Assembly (NCBI GenBank): GCA_951406725.2
Contig: OX597827.1
Location: 1,736,001-1,800,000 of the forward strand
Direction of reading: 5' to 3'
DNA from: Octopus vulgaris
Lineage: Eukaryota
DNA length: 64,000 nt
The notes beneath the pieces are model-generated. The model saw only the letters and a list, made by a program, of their open reading frames with translations, was not told where the DNA came from and did no database searches. Below are positions 53,305 to 64,000 of the stretch, in pieces (within the stretch, counting starts at the first letter, position 1; each line of letters starts with the position of its first letter). Both the position numbers and the translations under genes were made by a program.

Positions 53305-53660
53305 CTATAAGGTCCAGTGCTTGGTTGAATTGTGGTGGATAGTATGCTTCATTGACTTCGAGAGCTTGAGAGCTTTCCCATTGGAGTGCAAGCTCCTGGT
53401 AGGAACCATCCCCCATGCATGACAGGTCCAAAGATACAGGCCAAACTAAAATGGAGCACCGCATCCCCCGGATAAAAATGTTTTTGCGTAGGGCCAATAC
53501 CCTTACCTAGTGGAAAAAAATATCAAAGTTACAGAAGCATCGACAACAATTCACCACCAACGAGATCTGGGAAAGGAGAGCCTTCCCTTAGGGATGCACA
53601 AAAGACAGCCCCGAGTCGAGAGAATTCGCCGATAGCCTATGCGCCATAAGTCCATGAGGA
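53305..53660 (+). mobile_element. Probable 5' UTR fragment of an RTE-like LINE
   Basis: gagagct...ctcctggtagg...catg..acaggtc...ggccaaactaa and gcgtagggccaatacccttacc blocks resemble RTE 5' UTRs (from memory, not aligned). Confidence 0.45.
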
Positions 53661-54454
53661 GCGAAGGGCTACATATATGTATATATTTGTGTACATGCAG
53701 AAACCATATATATTTATTTACATGTATCATACATTCACACACATTCACACATTCACAAATACACGTGCATACTCACATATTTGGCCAGCAGACCATGTAG
53801 GACTGCATTATAGCAATAACATTGTACATAAAACCAAATCCTGTTCATAATTTTTTTTTCTCGGCACGTAAGAAAAATCCAGCAATCATTGTAATTATGT
53901 AAATCAATTTGTAAATATCGACTGACAACATGAGACCCTCGGGGTTAACAGTTCAGTTTAAGCAATTAATTAGTAATTGATAATTATTTTCAGAGAATTT
54001 TTGATAAGTTGGTCACTTGTTAACAGATTAATATTTAGTCAGACTTTTTCCAGTGCGTTTACTCATCCGAATCCGAATTCAAATAGTTGTTTGCAAAGGT
54101 ATAATTGTTATTATTCAACATCAAGTGTTATCTCTACAATGAGCTGCTCACTGATAAGATGGTTGCAAATATGAGGAAACTCGGAGTAGTTTATGTATGC
54201 AAATAACAGACACTGAATAAGTGTATTCTATAACTGTGGCATTGAGTCTTGTTTTACTTTCTGAAAGTTGTGACTAGCCAGATGAGATACGCGCGTGCGC
54301 ACAGGCACACGCACGCACACACACTAGTGTGTATGTGTGTGTATACATATATATATATGTATATATATATGTATATGTATATATATATATATGTATTTTT
54401 TTTGCTTCAGTTCAGAGCTGCGGCCATGCTGATGCACCGCCGTTTGTATGTATG

Positions 54455-54535
<81 letters not shown>

Positions 54536-55520
54536 ATATACATATATATATATGTATATGTAAATACATATAATTATGTACACACACGTATATAAATGTA
54601 CTATACAGACATATAACTATAGATATACAGTGTATGATATATGCGCAGTACTCTGTGTGTGTGTGTGCGTATATATATATCCATCAGCTATACATACACA
54701 TACATACATACATACACATACATACATACATACATACATACATACATGCAGTCATGCATACATACATATATACATACATACATACACATACATACATACA
54801 TACATACATACATACATACATACATACATACATACATACATACATACATACATACGTGGTCAAAATATTTCCACGCTGCCACTTGGTTGAGCGTCTCAAC
54901 GAATATATATATATTTTTTCAAAAGTGCTAGAAATTAGCATCCCAGCACATTGAGACTTCTTCACAGAACCAAATACTACTCCACAGCACCAAATACTTA
55001 AGTATAAAATAAAAATAGTAACTAAAGTTCTTCAAAGCTGATTGAGTACAAGCAAATGGAATGTACTTTCTTGCAACAGGGAATTCATTTAAAAGCCTAT
55101 TATATCAACATATTCTTTATTACTCCCGATGCCTACCTGGCAAGCTAGAAATACGGGTTAGTCAACCAGCATCACACATTTTATCTGGTTAAGCCCTCCT
55201 ATTCAGAGATTGTTCAAAATTGCGCAATATATTTTTGACTGGGAAATAAAAATATTCCTCTACAATTGAATAGAAAGAAAGATCTAATCTCGCTTTGCAG
55301 GCACAAGGTGAAATATTTGCTTTCTCTTTTCAGGGAGACAAACAAGCATCGCTAATGTCGAACGTCTTGTCTTCTCATTAAAATGAATCAAAATGACAGT
55401 CCCTGGAAGATTACTGTGCCTAAATCTCAATACGCTGACGCGAATCCATTATCCAGAAGTAACTATAGGACGTGTGCAACCCATACATACATACATACAT
55501 ACATACATACATACATACAT

Positions 55521-55605
<85 letters not shown>

Positions 55606-56228
55606 GCCAAGCATCCCGCTCACTCACGTGCTTCCCAATGTCGCTTTCTCCGAGTTTCATTTTTTTCGAACATTCTCATCGACACTCCCATCCATACACA
55701 CACATACACACACATATACATATATACAAACATATATATATCTTCGTACTTGCATAAACTATATATGTGCATGTGTGTAAATACATATATATATGTACGT
55801 ATATGTATATAGATTTATATTTGAATAATATATATATATATATATTTATATACGAATATGTATGTGTTTATATGTGTTTGTATGTGTGTGTCTGTATATC
55901 CTATTGCTATTAGTATTTTATAGAATATCATAGTGTTGTCAACCAATTTCTTTACTCCCTTCGAGTTAAATATAAAATCTCACATTATCATCGTCGTCGT
56001 CATCGTCATTTCCACCACCACCACCACCACCATCACCATCACACCATCCTCATCATCTTCATAATCATCATAATCATCACCATCATCATCCTTATCATTG
56101 TTGTTTCACTGACACGTTCAAGAAAGTTTACTAAAAAAAGCTAAGGCCATTCATTGGACGTCACTGGAAATCCTTCAATGTCGAAAATAACAAATATATA
56201 AATAAATAGAATAGGGAAAAGAAAATTT

Positions 56229-56608
56229 TTACAGACAAGGATCCTTTGGAACTGCAGGTAAAGGTTTGGTGTACGATGTAAAAGTGTTCTTTACTGGAAG
56301 ATTCCAAGACTGGCAAGAAGCGCAAGAATTTGTTCTGCTAACTGGCTTGCCGGTTTTGAATGCATTCAGCTCGTTACTGGAATTTGTGTGGTAGATGTAT
56401 CGGCCGATGGTACTTGTAGTTCTTGGACTGTTGCATTTAGCAGATGAGTTGAGAGCATTTAGTTTGTTTTGGTTGACCGGAAGTGTTTGTTGACTTATGG
56501 ATTGCGTCTGATGACTGACTGGAATTGATTGATGACTGATTGGGAGTGTCTGCTGGCTGATGGTCAAAGACTGTGGAGTGACTTGGAAGGTCTGGTGTGA
56601 ATAACTTC
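56229..56608 (-). CDS. PCDH: Protocadherin terminal coding exon (cytoplasmic tail)
   Basis: Acceptor tttttctttctgtttcatctcctccag|GA AGT, phase 1. 380 nt open to TAA. Ends SWNLPVKNTFTSYTKPLPAVPKDPCL. Confidence 0.8.
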
Positions 56609-57016
56609 CTGGAGGAGATGAAACAGAAAGAAAAACAGATGAGAAAGGGAACAGCATTATGAAAGTACGGAGTTCTGGTTTAAGCACCCCCATATCACCC
56701 CTCTTAACATTTCAATCCCCTCCCCACATAAGTCCTCTTTTTCAGATTTTGATATTCTACAAATCAGAGTTTAAAATAAGGACAGTCCGAAGTTTTTGCT
56801 TAAATCCCAGCAATGGACCACTCTTAGGGGCATCGTCATTTCATTAAATGTGTTTATACGGAGCAAAATATTGAAAAAAAAACATCAATACATGTCAGGT
56901 GATAACAAAAAAAGAACAAGGAAGATATCCGGTGGTCGTGAGGTGAGCTAAAAATAAACAGCTAAATCGCTCTGAAATCACACATACACACACAAACACA
57001 CACAAGCACACACACA

Positions 57017-57085
<69 letters not shown>

Positions 57086-57289
57086 ACACACACACACAAT
57101 CAAACAGACAAACAAATAAACATTCACACAAAATATTGTCGCATAATCGTATGAATTCCCGCGTGCAGAACACAAATTCGGAAAAATTTTCTGAAAATTC
57201 TCAAAGGAAGAAAAAAAGGGAAAAACATTATGAGGGGTTATAGGGGTGAGTTTACACCAGAATTCGGTCGAAAAAAGGGAATAAGAACC

Positions 57290-57489
57290 CTTTTACTAGT
57301 TTCAATCATTTGACTGCGGCCATGCTGGAACACCGCCTTTTAGTCGAGCAAATCGACCCCAGGACTTATTCTTCGGAAGCCTAGTACTTATTCTAGCGTT
57401 TTCTTTTGCCGAACCGCTAAGTTACGGGGACGTAAACACACCACCATCGGTTGTAAAGCGATGTTGGGGGGACAAACACAGAAACACAA

Positions 57490-57580
<91 letters not shown>

Positions 57581-57732
57581 CATATATACGACAGGCTTCT
57601 TTCAGCTTCCGTCTACCAAATCCACTCACAAGGGTTTGGTCGGCCCGCGGCAATAGTAGAAGACACTTGCCCAAGGTGCCACGCAGTGGGAATGAACCCA
57701 GAACCATGTGGTTGGTAAGCAAGCTACTTACC
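57290..57732 (-). mobile_element. SINE family A, full length, in protocadherin intron
   Basis: Colinear with 5033-5456, CpGs largely retained. Confidence 0.9.
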
Positions 57733-58139
57733 ACACAGCCGCTCCTGAGCCTTGTTGATTAATAAATGAAAATGTTGTGAGGAACGGAATGAGACTGGTC
57801 GTTACTTTTTTTCATTTTTTTTGGTACCTATTCAGAAATTTGCTCATGGTCATTGTCCAGCAGAAGAAATTAATCTAAGTTATCCAGCTTGATATTATTT
57901 ATTATTAACACGGAGGCGGGATTATGGCAACATTAAAAACAACTTGATTTTACATTTGGCATACTACAATACTAATCGAACGTATCGCGTGACTTGAATA
58001 AAAGACCAGAGGTTTCATATCAACAATTAGATTATATCAAACTCTCTTTTAGACTTTCGGCTGCTAAGTTTCCAAACTGAAGAACTGACGAAGAATGAAA
58101 TTCCATTGAGAAGTTCAAGCTATTGTTTGTTTAAAAAAA

Positions 58140-58456
58140 AAAAACGTCACCCTTTTCAAGCCTAATCAGGCTCATGGGCCCAATATCCCGGTTTCTGTGG
58201 CGTATGCGTTCCCCCCACCCCAGCTGGACGGGACGCCTGTCCATCGCAGCGTTACTCAAGAATCAGGAAGAAAGAGTGAGAGAAAGTTGTGGCGAAAGAG
58301 TACAACAGGGGTCGCCACCACCCCTTGCCGGAGCCCCGTGTAGCTTTTAGGTGTTTTTGCTCAATAAACATACACAACGCCCGGTCTGGGAATCGAAACC
58401 GCGATCCTCCGACCGAAAGTTCGCTGCCCTAACCACTGGGCAATTGCGCCTCCACA
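58140..58456 (-). mobile_element. tRNA-derived SINE with V-domain-like core
   Basis: Minus strand cccagtggttagggc...ggtttcgattccc head and ctgcgatggacaggcgtcccgtccag core. Confidence 0.75.
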
Positions 58457-59060
58457 TATTGTTTGTTTTACAAAGGTAAAAAATTTATGAATGGCGAAAC
58501 TCTTGTTTAGCCTCAAATCAATCTTAATGGAATACATCAATGGTCAAAAGCATTCTAGGCATAAACATCCTGTCTTGTATTTTGCCTAAACATAGGGTAC
58601 CTAGGATTATATTTTATAATGTTTCGAAGTTACAATGCAAAGAGCCGCAAATAAAACACTACAAAGCCTAACGATTCTGCCGGAGTCCTACTTTAGAGTA
58701 TGCCCCTTGATTAAACCACAGAGATTTCAGCAGATTGGGATGGAAATTGAACCTCCATGAATCGTCTTTCAACACAAACTCGTCAGAGATTGCTTATCAC
58801 TGTCAGTCACCATCGTTCTAATACGGCGAATAATACATTCATTTGAACGCCAAAGATAGAACTTCATCACGGAACCAAAGTTAATGAAGAAGGGAGTCAC
58901 TTATATATGCTCAGGTCATGATTTATTGAGAATGTTGAAAAGCAATGAATAAATCGATAATAGATTTATCAATGGTTATATGAATGTAACTTTGCAGAAA
59001 GAGAAACAAGACGGAAGCGACTTTTGAGTAATCTAAGAGATTAGTGATACAGAAGAACTG

Positions 59061-59084
59061 CTAGATAGATAGATAGAAAGATAT

Positions 59085-59119
<35 letters not shown>

Positions 59120-59134
59120 TGGATGGATAGATAG

Positions 59135-59201
<67 letters not shown>

Positions 59202-59203
59202 TG

Positions 59204-59246
<43 letters not shown>

Positions 59247-59460
59247 GGATGGGTAGATAGATAGATAGATAGATAGATAGACAGATAGATAGATAGGTAG
59301 ATAGATAGATGGATGGGTAGATAGATAGATAGATAGATGGGTAGATAGATAGATAGACAGATAGATAGATAGGTAGATAGATAGATGGATGGGTAGATAG
59401 ATAGATAGATGGGTAGATAGATGGATAGATAGATGGATGGATGGGTAGATAGATGGATAG
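59061..59460. repeat. (GATA)n/(GA)n compound microsatellite
   Basis: Direct inspection. Confidence 0.95.
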
Positions 59461-60262
59461 ATATAAAGCTAGGTGGCAAAGATAGGAAAAGTGACAGAAA
59501 AGAAAGGGAAATGAGAAAAGAACGCATGACAGAAAAAGAATGAAAAGAAGTGGAAGAAATTAGTAGTAGTAGTAGTAGTTATTGCAGTTAGCGTAATCAT
59601 TAGACATGGTTTTACCATGTTTATATAGAGAGACCTGTTAAATATTATCTAGGTCAAAGGTCATTCCTGGCTATTCCTTTCTGGTAAAATAGCAAAACTA
59701 CAAACACAGAATGTTATGATGCTATACTCTTTGACTCTTTCACTAGTTCCTGACACCGAGCACCACCTTCAAAGGATTTAATCGGATATATATCGATTCC
59801 AGTATTATTTCCATTTGGTACTTATTTTATTGAATTCAGTTTATCAAAATGGCTTATACCACAGTCACCATCCGTAGCCCAGTTCAACGTCAGCATTTTA
59901 TCTCCTCGGGTGTTCTAGCGGAGTCCACTCTGCTACTAATATTCGTGCCACGTGTCTGATTTGTAGAGATGTCCTGCCTTCCCGCCAGTCTTGGAATCCC
60001 TGTGAAGGATCATAGGTCCTGCGTCCTCTCTTGAGTAAAAGGGAAAAAACTCATTGTTTGATATAAAGGAACACACCTCACACAGCTTAATATCAGTATG
60101 CACAATAAGGCGGCGAGTCAGCAGAATCGTTAGCACGCCGAGGAAAGTATTATTTAGTTCGGTGCTTTACCAGTTCTGACATTCTACCATTATTTACTTG
60201 ATTCTTTGATTTGGTTTAGAGGTGGCAAGAAATATGAAGGAGTGCTGCCACTGCCTGTCGCA

Positions 60263-60500
60263 ATACCTATTTCTTTACTACCCACAAGGGGCTAAACACA
60301 GAAGGGATAAACAATGACAGACAAACGGATTAAGTCGATTACATCGACCCCAGTGTGTAACTGGTACATAATTTATCGACCCCGAAAGTATGAAAGGCAA
60401 AGTCAATCTCGGCTGAATTTGAACTCAGAACGTAACGGCAGACGAAATACGGCTACGCATTTCGCCCGGTGTGCTAACGTTTCTGCCAGCTCGCCGCCTT
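60263..60500 (-). mobile_element. SINE family B, full length
   Basis: Reverse complement of 47172-47406. Confidence 0.9.
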
Positions 60501-61634
60501 ATGCCTGTCTCAATACCATTAACTAAATAAACGACACAAATACACCTCAACTGAAAATCAATATCGAATGATGGATTCAACCAACCAAATTTATATTTCA
60601 TGTTCTACGTTATTCTTTAATGATGAATACAGACGATTGCAAAGAAGAGAAAATACTAGGTTTTAACGTCCATGTCTTTTCAAATGATAATAACGATGAA
60701 AATAAAGTTCTCTACGCTGAGTTCCAGAATCGAACTCAAACTTGTATTTCTAATAAAAGTACAACATCGATTTTCCTGAACCAGGAAACTGATTTTTCTG
60801 AACCAGGGTTGATCACTTTGGTCAATACACTCTAAATTAAAATAAATAATAAATTTACTTTAATAAAATATTGGTTCTTGTGTAATAGTATCAATGTTGT
60901 TCAATTCTTTACTGTGCAAGATACCAGTAACGTAGTTTAGCGGCTGTGGGAATTTGGATTTCCTACTGGTAAATTAATGCAGATTATCAGAGGATTCAGA
61001 CCATTGGTGTCTAGAAAGATAGTGTTGTACCTGTATGTCTCTTGACCAACAGTGTTTGCCTCAGGAATGTTTAAGAGCAAGTAGATAATAAGCCAAGCAA
61101 AAAAGGTAAATAAGAACTATGATTATGAATTACCGCTGTTTAAAGCTGTAGGTCAGTATTCCCCAGCCTATTTCCCCACCCCAAGTTCCACTACAATTCT
61201 CCAGAAAAATGTTTGCCCTAGCGGCGGTTGGAGGAAAGAAATCCATTTTTAATATTTTCAAAACTATTTGATACAAAAGAATCTACTGGTAACTCTTTTA
61301 TTAAGTACTGAGTACAAAGCAAAAGTACATTATCGACTCAAGAAAAAAGTGAACCCTGTTCCTGGCGACTATGGCACCATGTTCCATTACAATTTTCCCA
61401 GGCTCCACATTGGGAGTCACTGCTGTTGGCTATAAACATCGGTGACAAAATTTGACATATTTACTCTGTAACAAGTTACGAAGGTGCATCCTTCTTATTC
61501 TCGTTATCCGAACTACAGTGAGGACTGTGATTAGCGCCCATGGAAACCCTGTTAAACGATACTATAGGATTCATCAAAGATTAGGTGAAATAAACAAGTA
61601 AATAAATAGTTAATTAAATATATGAATATCTTGC

Positions 61635-61773
61635 CTGGAAGCTCTTCATAATGTGCAATGTCTCCGGTACCAAATCCCTGTTCTTCGTCAGTGTGGTACA
61701 TGAGAGACAACTCACTGTACGGAGCACATATCGCAGCTTCTTTATCGGACCCGCGATCGTTTTGGGGACATAC
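61635..61773 (-). CDS. PCDH: Protocadherin internal cytoplasmic exon
   Basis: Acceptor ctttttgtctttctacag|GTA, phase 0. Encodes VCPQNDRGSDKEAAICAPYSELSLMYHTDEEQGFGTGDIAHYEELP(G). Donor CAG|GCAAGA, phase 1. Alternative donor ACA|GTGAGT after 61716. Confidence 0.8.
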
Positions 61774-61835
61774 CTGTAGAAAGACAAAAAGAAAAAGGGT
61801 TAAAGGTATTTTTGATGGAACATCATAGGAAGCAG

Positions 61836-62090
61836 TGAAGGCACGCTAATAGGCTACTGGTTAGGGTGATGCACTCACGATCGGACGAACGGGATTTCGA
61901 TTGCCGGACTGGGCGGTGCGTTGAGTTTTTGAGTAAACCACTTGTTTTCACGTTGGTTCAGTCCACTCAGCTATGAACGAGAAACCCCGCGACAGACTGG
62001 CGCCCTGATCAGAGTGGATAGTTTAACCTTAGTCACATGTATGCCATGGACACTGGGTAACTGACCCTATGAGTCTCCAAGACACGAGAT
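61836..62090 (+). mobile_element. SINE family C in protocadherin intron
   Basis: tRNA-like head and cgcgacagactggcgccctg core. Confidence 0.7.
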
Positions 62091-63074
62091 AATAATGTCT
62101 AGGTGTTCATGTCGATAATGATGATCGCAAGGAGGAAACCTTCTATTCATTGCTTTAACAAGGTCCAACGAGGGGGCCTAAATGTAGTCGCCGCCAGATC
62201 TGTTTGAAATAGCAGTTAATCCCCCGCAAATAACGCACTAACTTCTTAACTGAAGAACGTATACACATGAGATAATGTAATCTTAGGCTTGACCTTGGGC
62301 ACTGAACTCCTTGATGGAATCGTAGAAGAGCCTCGTGATATTTGCCTTTATCTCTTACTTATTGCATCTATTGGACCGCAGACTTGCCTTGCAGGGGTCT
62401 AGTCGTACTTATTTCTTTTATTCTGTTGGTCCCTTTGCTGAACCGTTAAATTAAGGGAACATAAATAAACCAACACCGAACAAATAAGAAAAGGTACAGG
62501 AATCAACATAAACTGGTTGACACTGAATTAAACTTAGAATTTGGAGAAATATTTTTTTTTTGCTTCATGAAGTGAACGTTAAATATCTTAAATTAAAAAT
62601 GGTATCTCGCGAATTAAAATTTGTTTTCTGTAGCTGAAATCTTCAATTTTAAAAGAAATTTGTAAACTACGTTTTGATAAGAAGAAAAATGATTTTAAAT
62701 TTTAAATTCTTAATAATCTTCTTAACAGTGTAGACTTTAATACCAATATTTTTTGAATAAACAACGCTTTTTAAAAAATTAAAGTGCAGATATAGATTTA
62801 TATTATTTATCCAGTAAATTATGACTCAAGTAGGTTGAAATACTTATAAATAAATTGTTATACAAGTAAGCTGTAGTACTTATCCGTTATAACATTAAAT
62901 TGTAGTGCTATGGTTAAAACACGTATCTCTCTTGTAGTACTAACACGTGGAACATATTTCTATTTTAGTGCACGCTATTGTTCTAACATGAATTACTGTA
63001 TTAAAGTCTGTTGGAGTATAATTATGTCAAATGTGTTGCATGCCAAGTTGAAGTTCTAAATCTGCAGTACTTAC

Positions 63075-64000
63075 CTCTGTTGTGGCTTGACATGGAAACC
63101 CTGAGAGATCTTTTCTGTGAAAACTATTTGTCAGATACCTTGAACATGGTTCCCTTCGAAACTTCATTAAATGATAGCTGTCGTTCCGAGGTACAATGGT
63201 GGTTTTAGTGCTCGGAGAATCGTAATGTGATGGAATTTGGTCGCAAAAGCACTCAGTTTTCGTGGTGTGTCCCCAAATCGTGTTATTCGCACTTGCTGAT
63301 CTGTTGTAATAGATATTCCTTTGGGGGTTATTTTGTACCATACACATCGCTATCGACACAATAATTGTCAACGAAATCGTCACAGCAGCTACTACAATAA
63401 TCACACCAAGCTTAATACTGATTTCACTATCACTGATAGTGTTTGTGTTACTAGTCTTCCCAATTGTCTTATTGGTAGCGGTTAGTCTCAAAGAGAGGGT
63501 AGTCGTGGCCGAAAGCACCACAGCTCCGCTATCCTTAACGGCTACTAAAAGCCTATAAAGATTAGAGTCTTTTGGTTTAATGGAACGGGAGAAAAATAAG
63601 ACACCAGTGTAAGGAGTAAGGGTGAAAAGGCGATTCTCGTTTCCGCCAAGAATCTCGTAGCGAAGGAAGGCATTTTCTCGAATGTCTTTATCCATTGCTT
63701 TCAGAATGGTGATATCGGATGGACTTTCTGGATTATAATGGACGTTAAGTTTAAAAGGATTAACACTAGGAAAGGTAAAATACGGGGCATTATCATTCTC
63801 GTCCATAACCTCAACAACAACATTTGCTGTATTGTTAAGTGATGGCGTACCGTTATCTCTGACTAAAACTTTAAACTTATAGAGATCTTGTTTTTCCCTG
63901 TCCAGCGATTTGGTTGTGGAGATGAATCCATAATTTGAAATTTCAAAGGGCAAAGCGTCTTTCATTTTGGTTAATAGAGAATAGGATAGCTGACCTCCCG
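63075..64000 (-). CDS. PCDH: Protocadherin large exon (last cadherin repeats, TM, juxtamembrane); 5' end outside window
   Basis: LDRE, VRDNG.PSL, DENDNAP, A.DKD and VKDSG cadherin motifs. TM LGVIIVVAAVTISLTIIVSIAMCMV. Frame open to the window edge. Donor GAG|GTAAGT at 63075/63074, phase 0. Confidence 0.95.

Noticed and set aside
56229-56693. Stand-alone 154-aa gene
   Set aside because: The part upstream of 56608 is the intron's pyrimidine tract; the rest fits as the terminal protocadherin exon.

Overview
AT-rich animal genomic DNA, full of microsatellites and transposons. The SINE families and the protocadherin type point to a coleoid cephalopod, most likely Octopus (inference). Nearly all ORFs in the supplied track are microsatellite translations. 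One host gene can be reconstructed: the 3' part of a minus-strand protocadherin. It has a large exon (63075 to beyond 64000: last cadherin repeats, TM, juxtamembrane), a small exon (61635-61773) and a terminal exon (56229-56608), all phase-compatible. The small exon has two in-frame candidate donors, an internal GT and a distal GC. The rest is decayed mariner/Tc1/maT, hAT, Helitron, RTE, Tx1, R4-like, SINE and Penelope-like (PLE) sequence. The most unusual layer is RNA-level: about ten hammerhead ribozyme motifs from several repeat families. These include a Penelope terminus carrying a tRNA-like Pol III promoter upstream of its hammerhead, and two head-to-head hammerhead palindromes. A 592-bp TRIM-like mini LTR element sits in the catalytic motif of a PLE reverse transcriptase. 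A CpG-density step near 25.1 kb suggests the promoter of a second, minus-strand gene. All alignments and folds were done by eye, and most TE boundaries are approximate.
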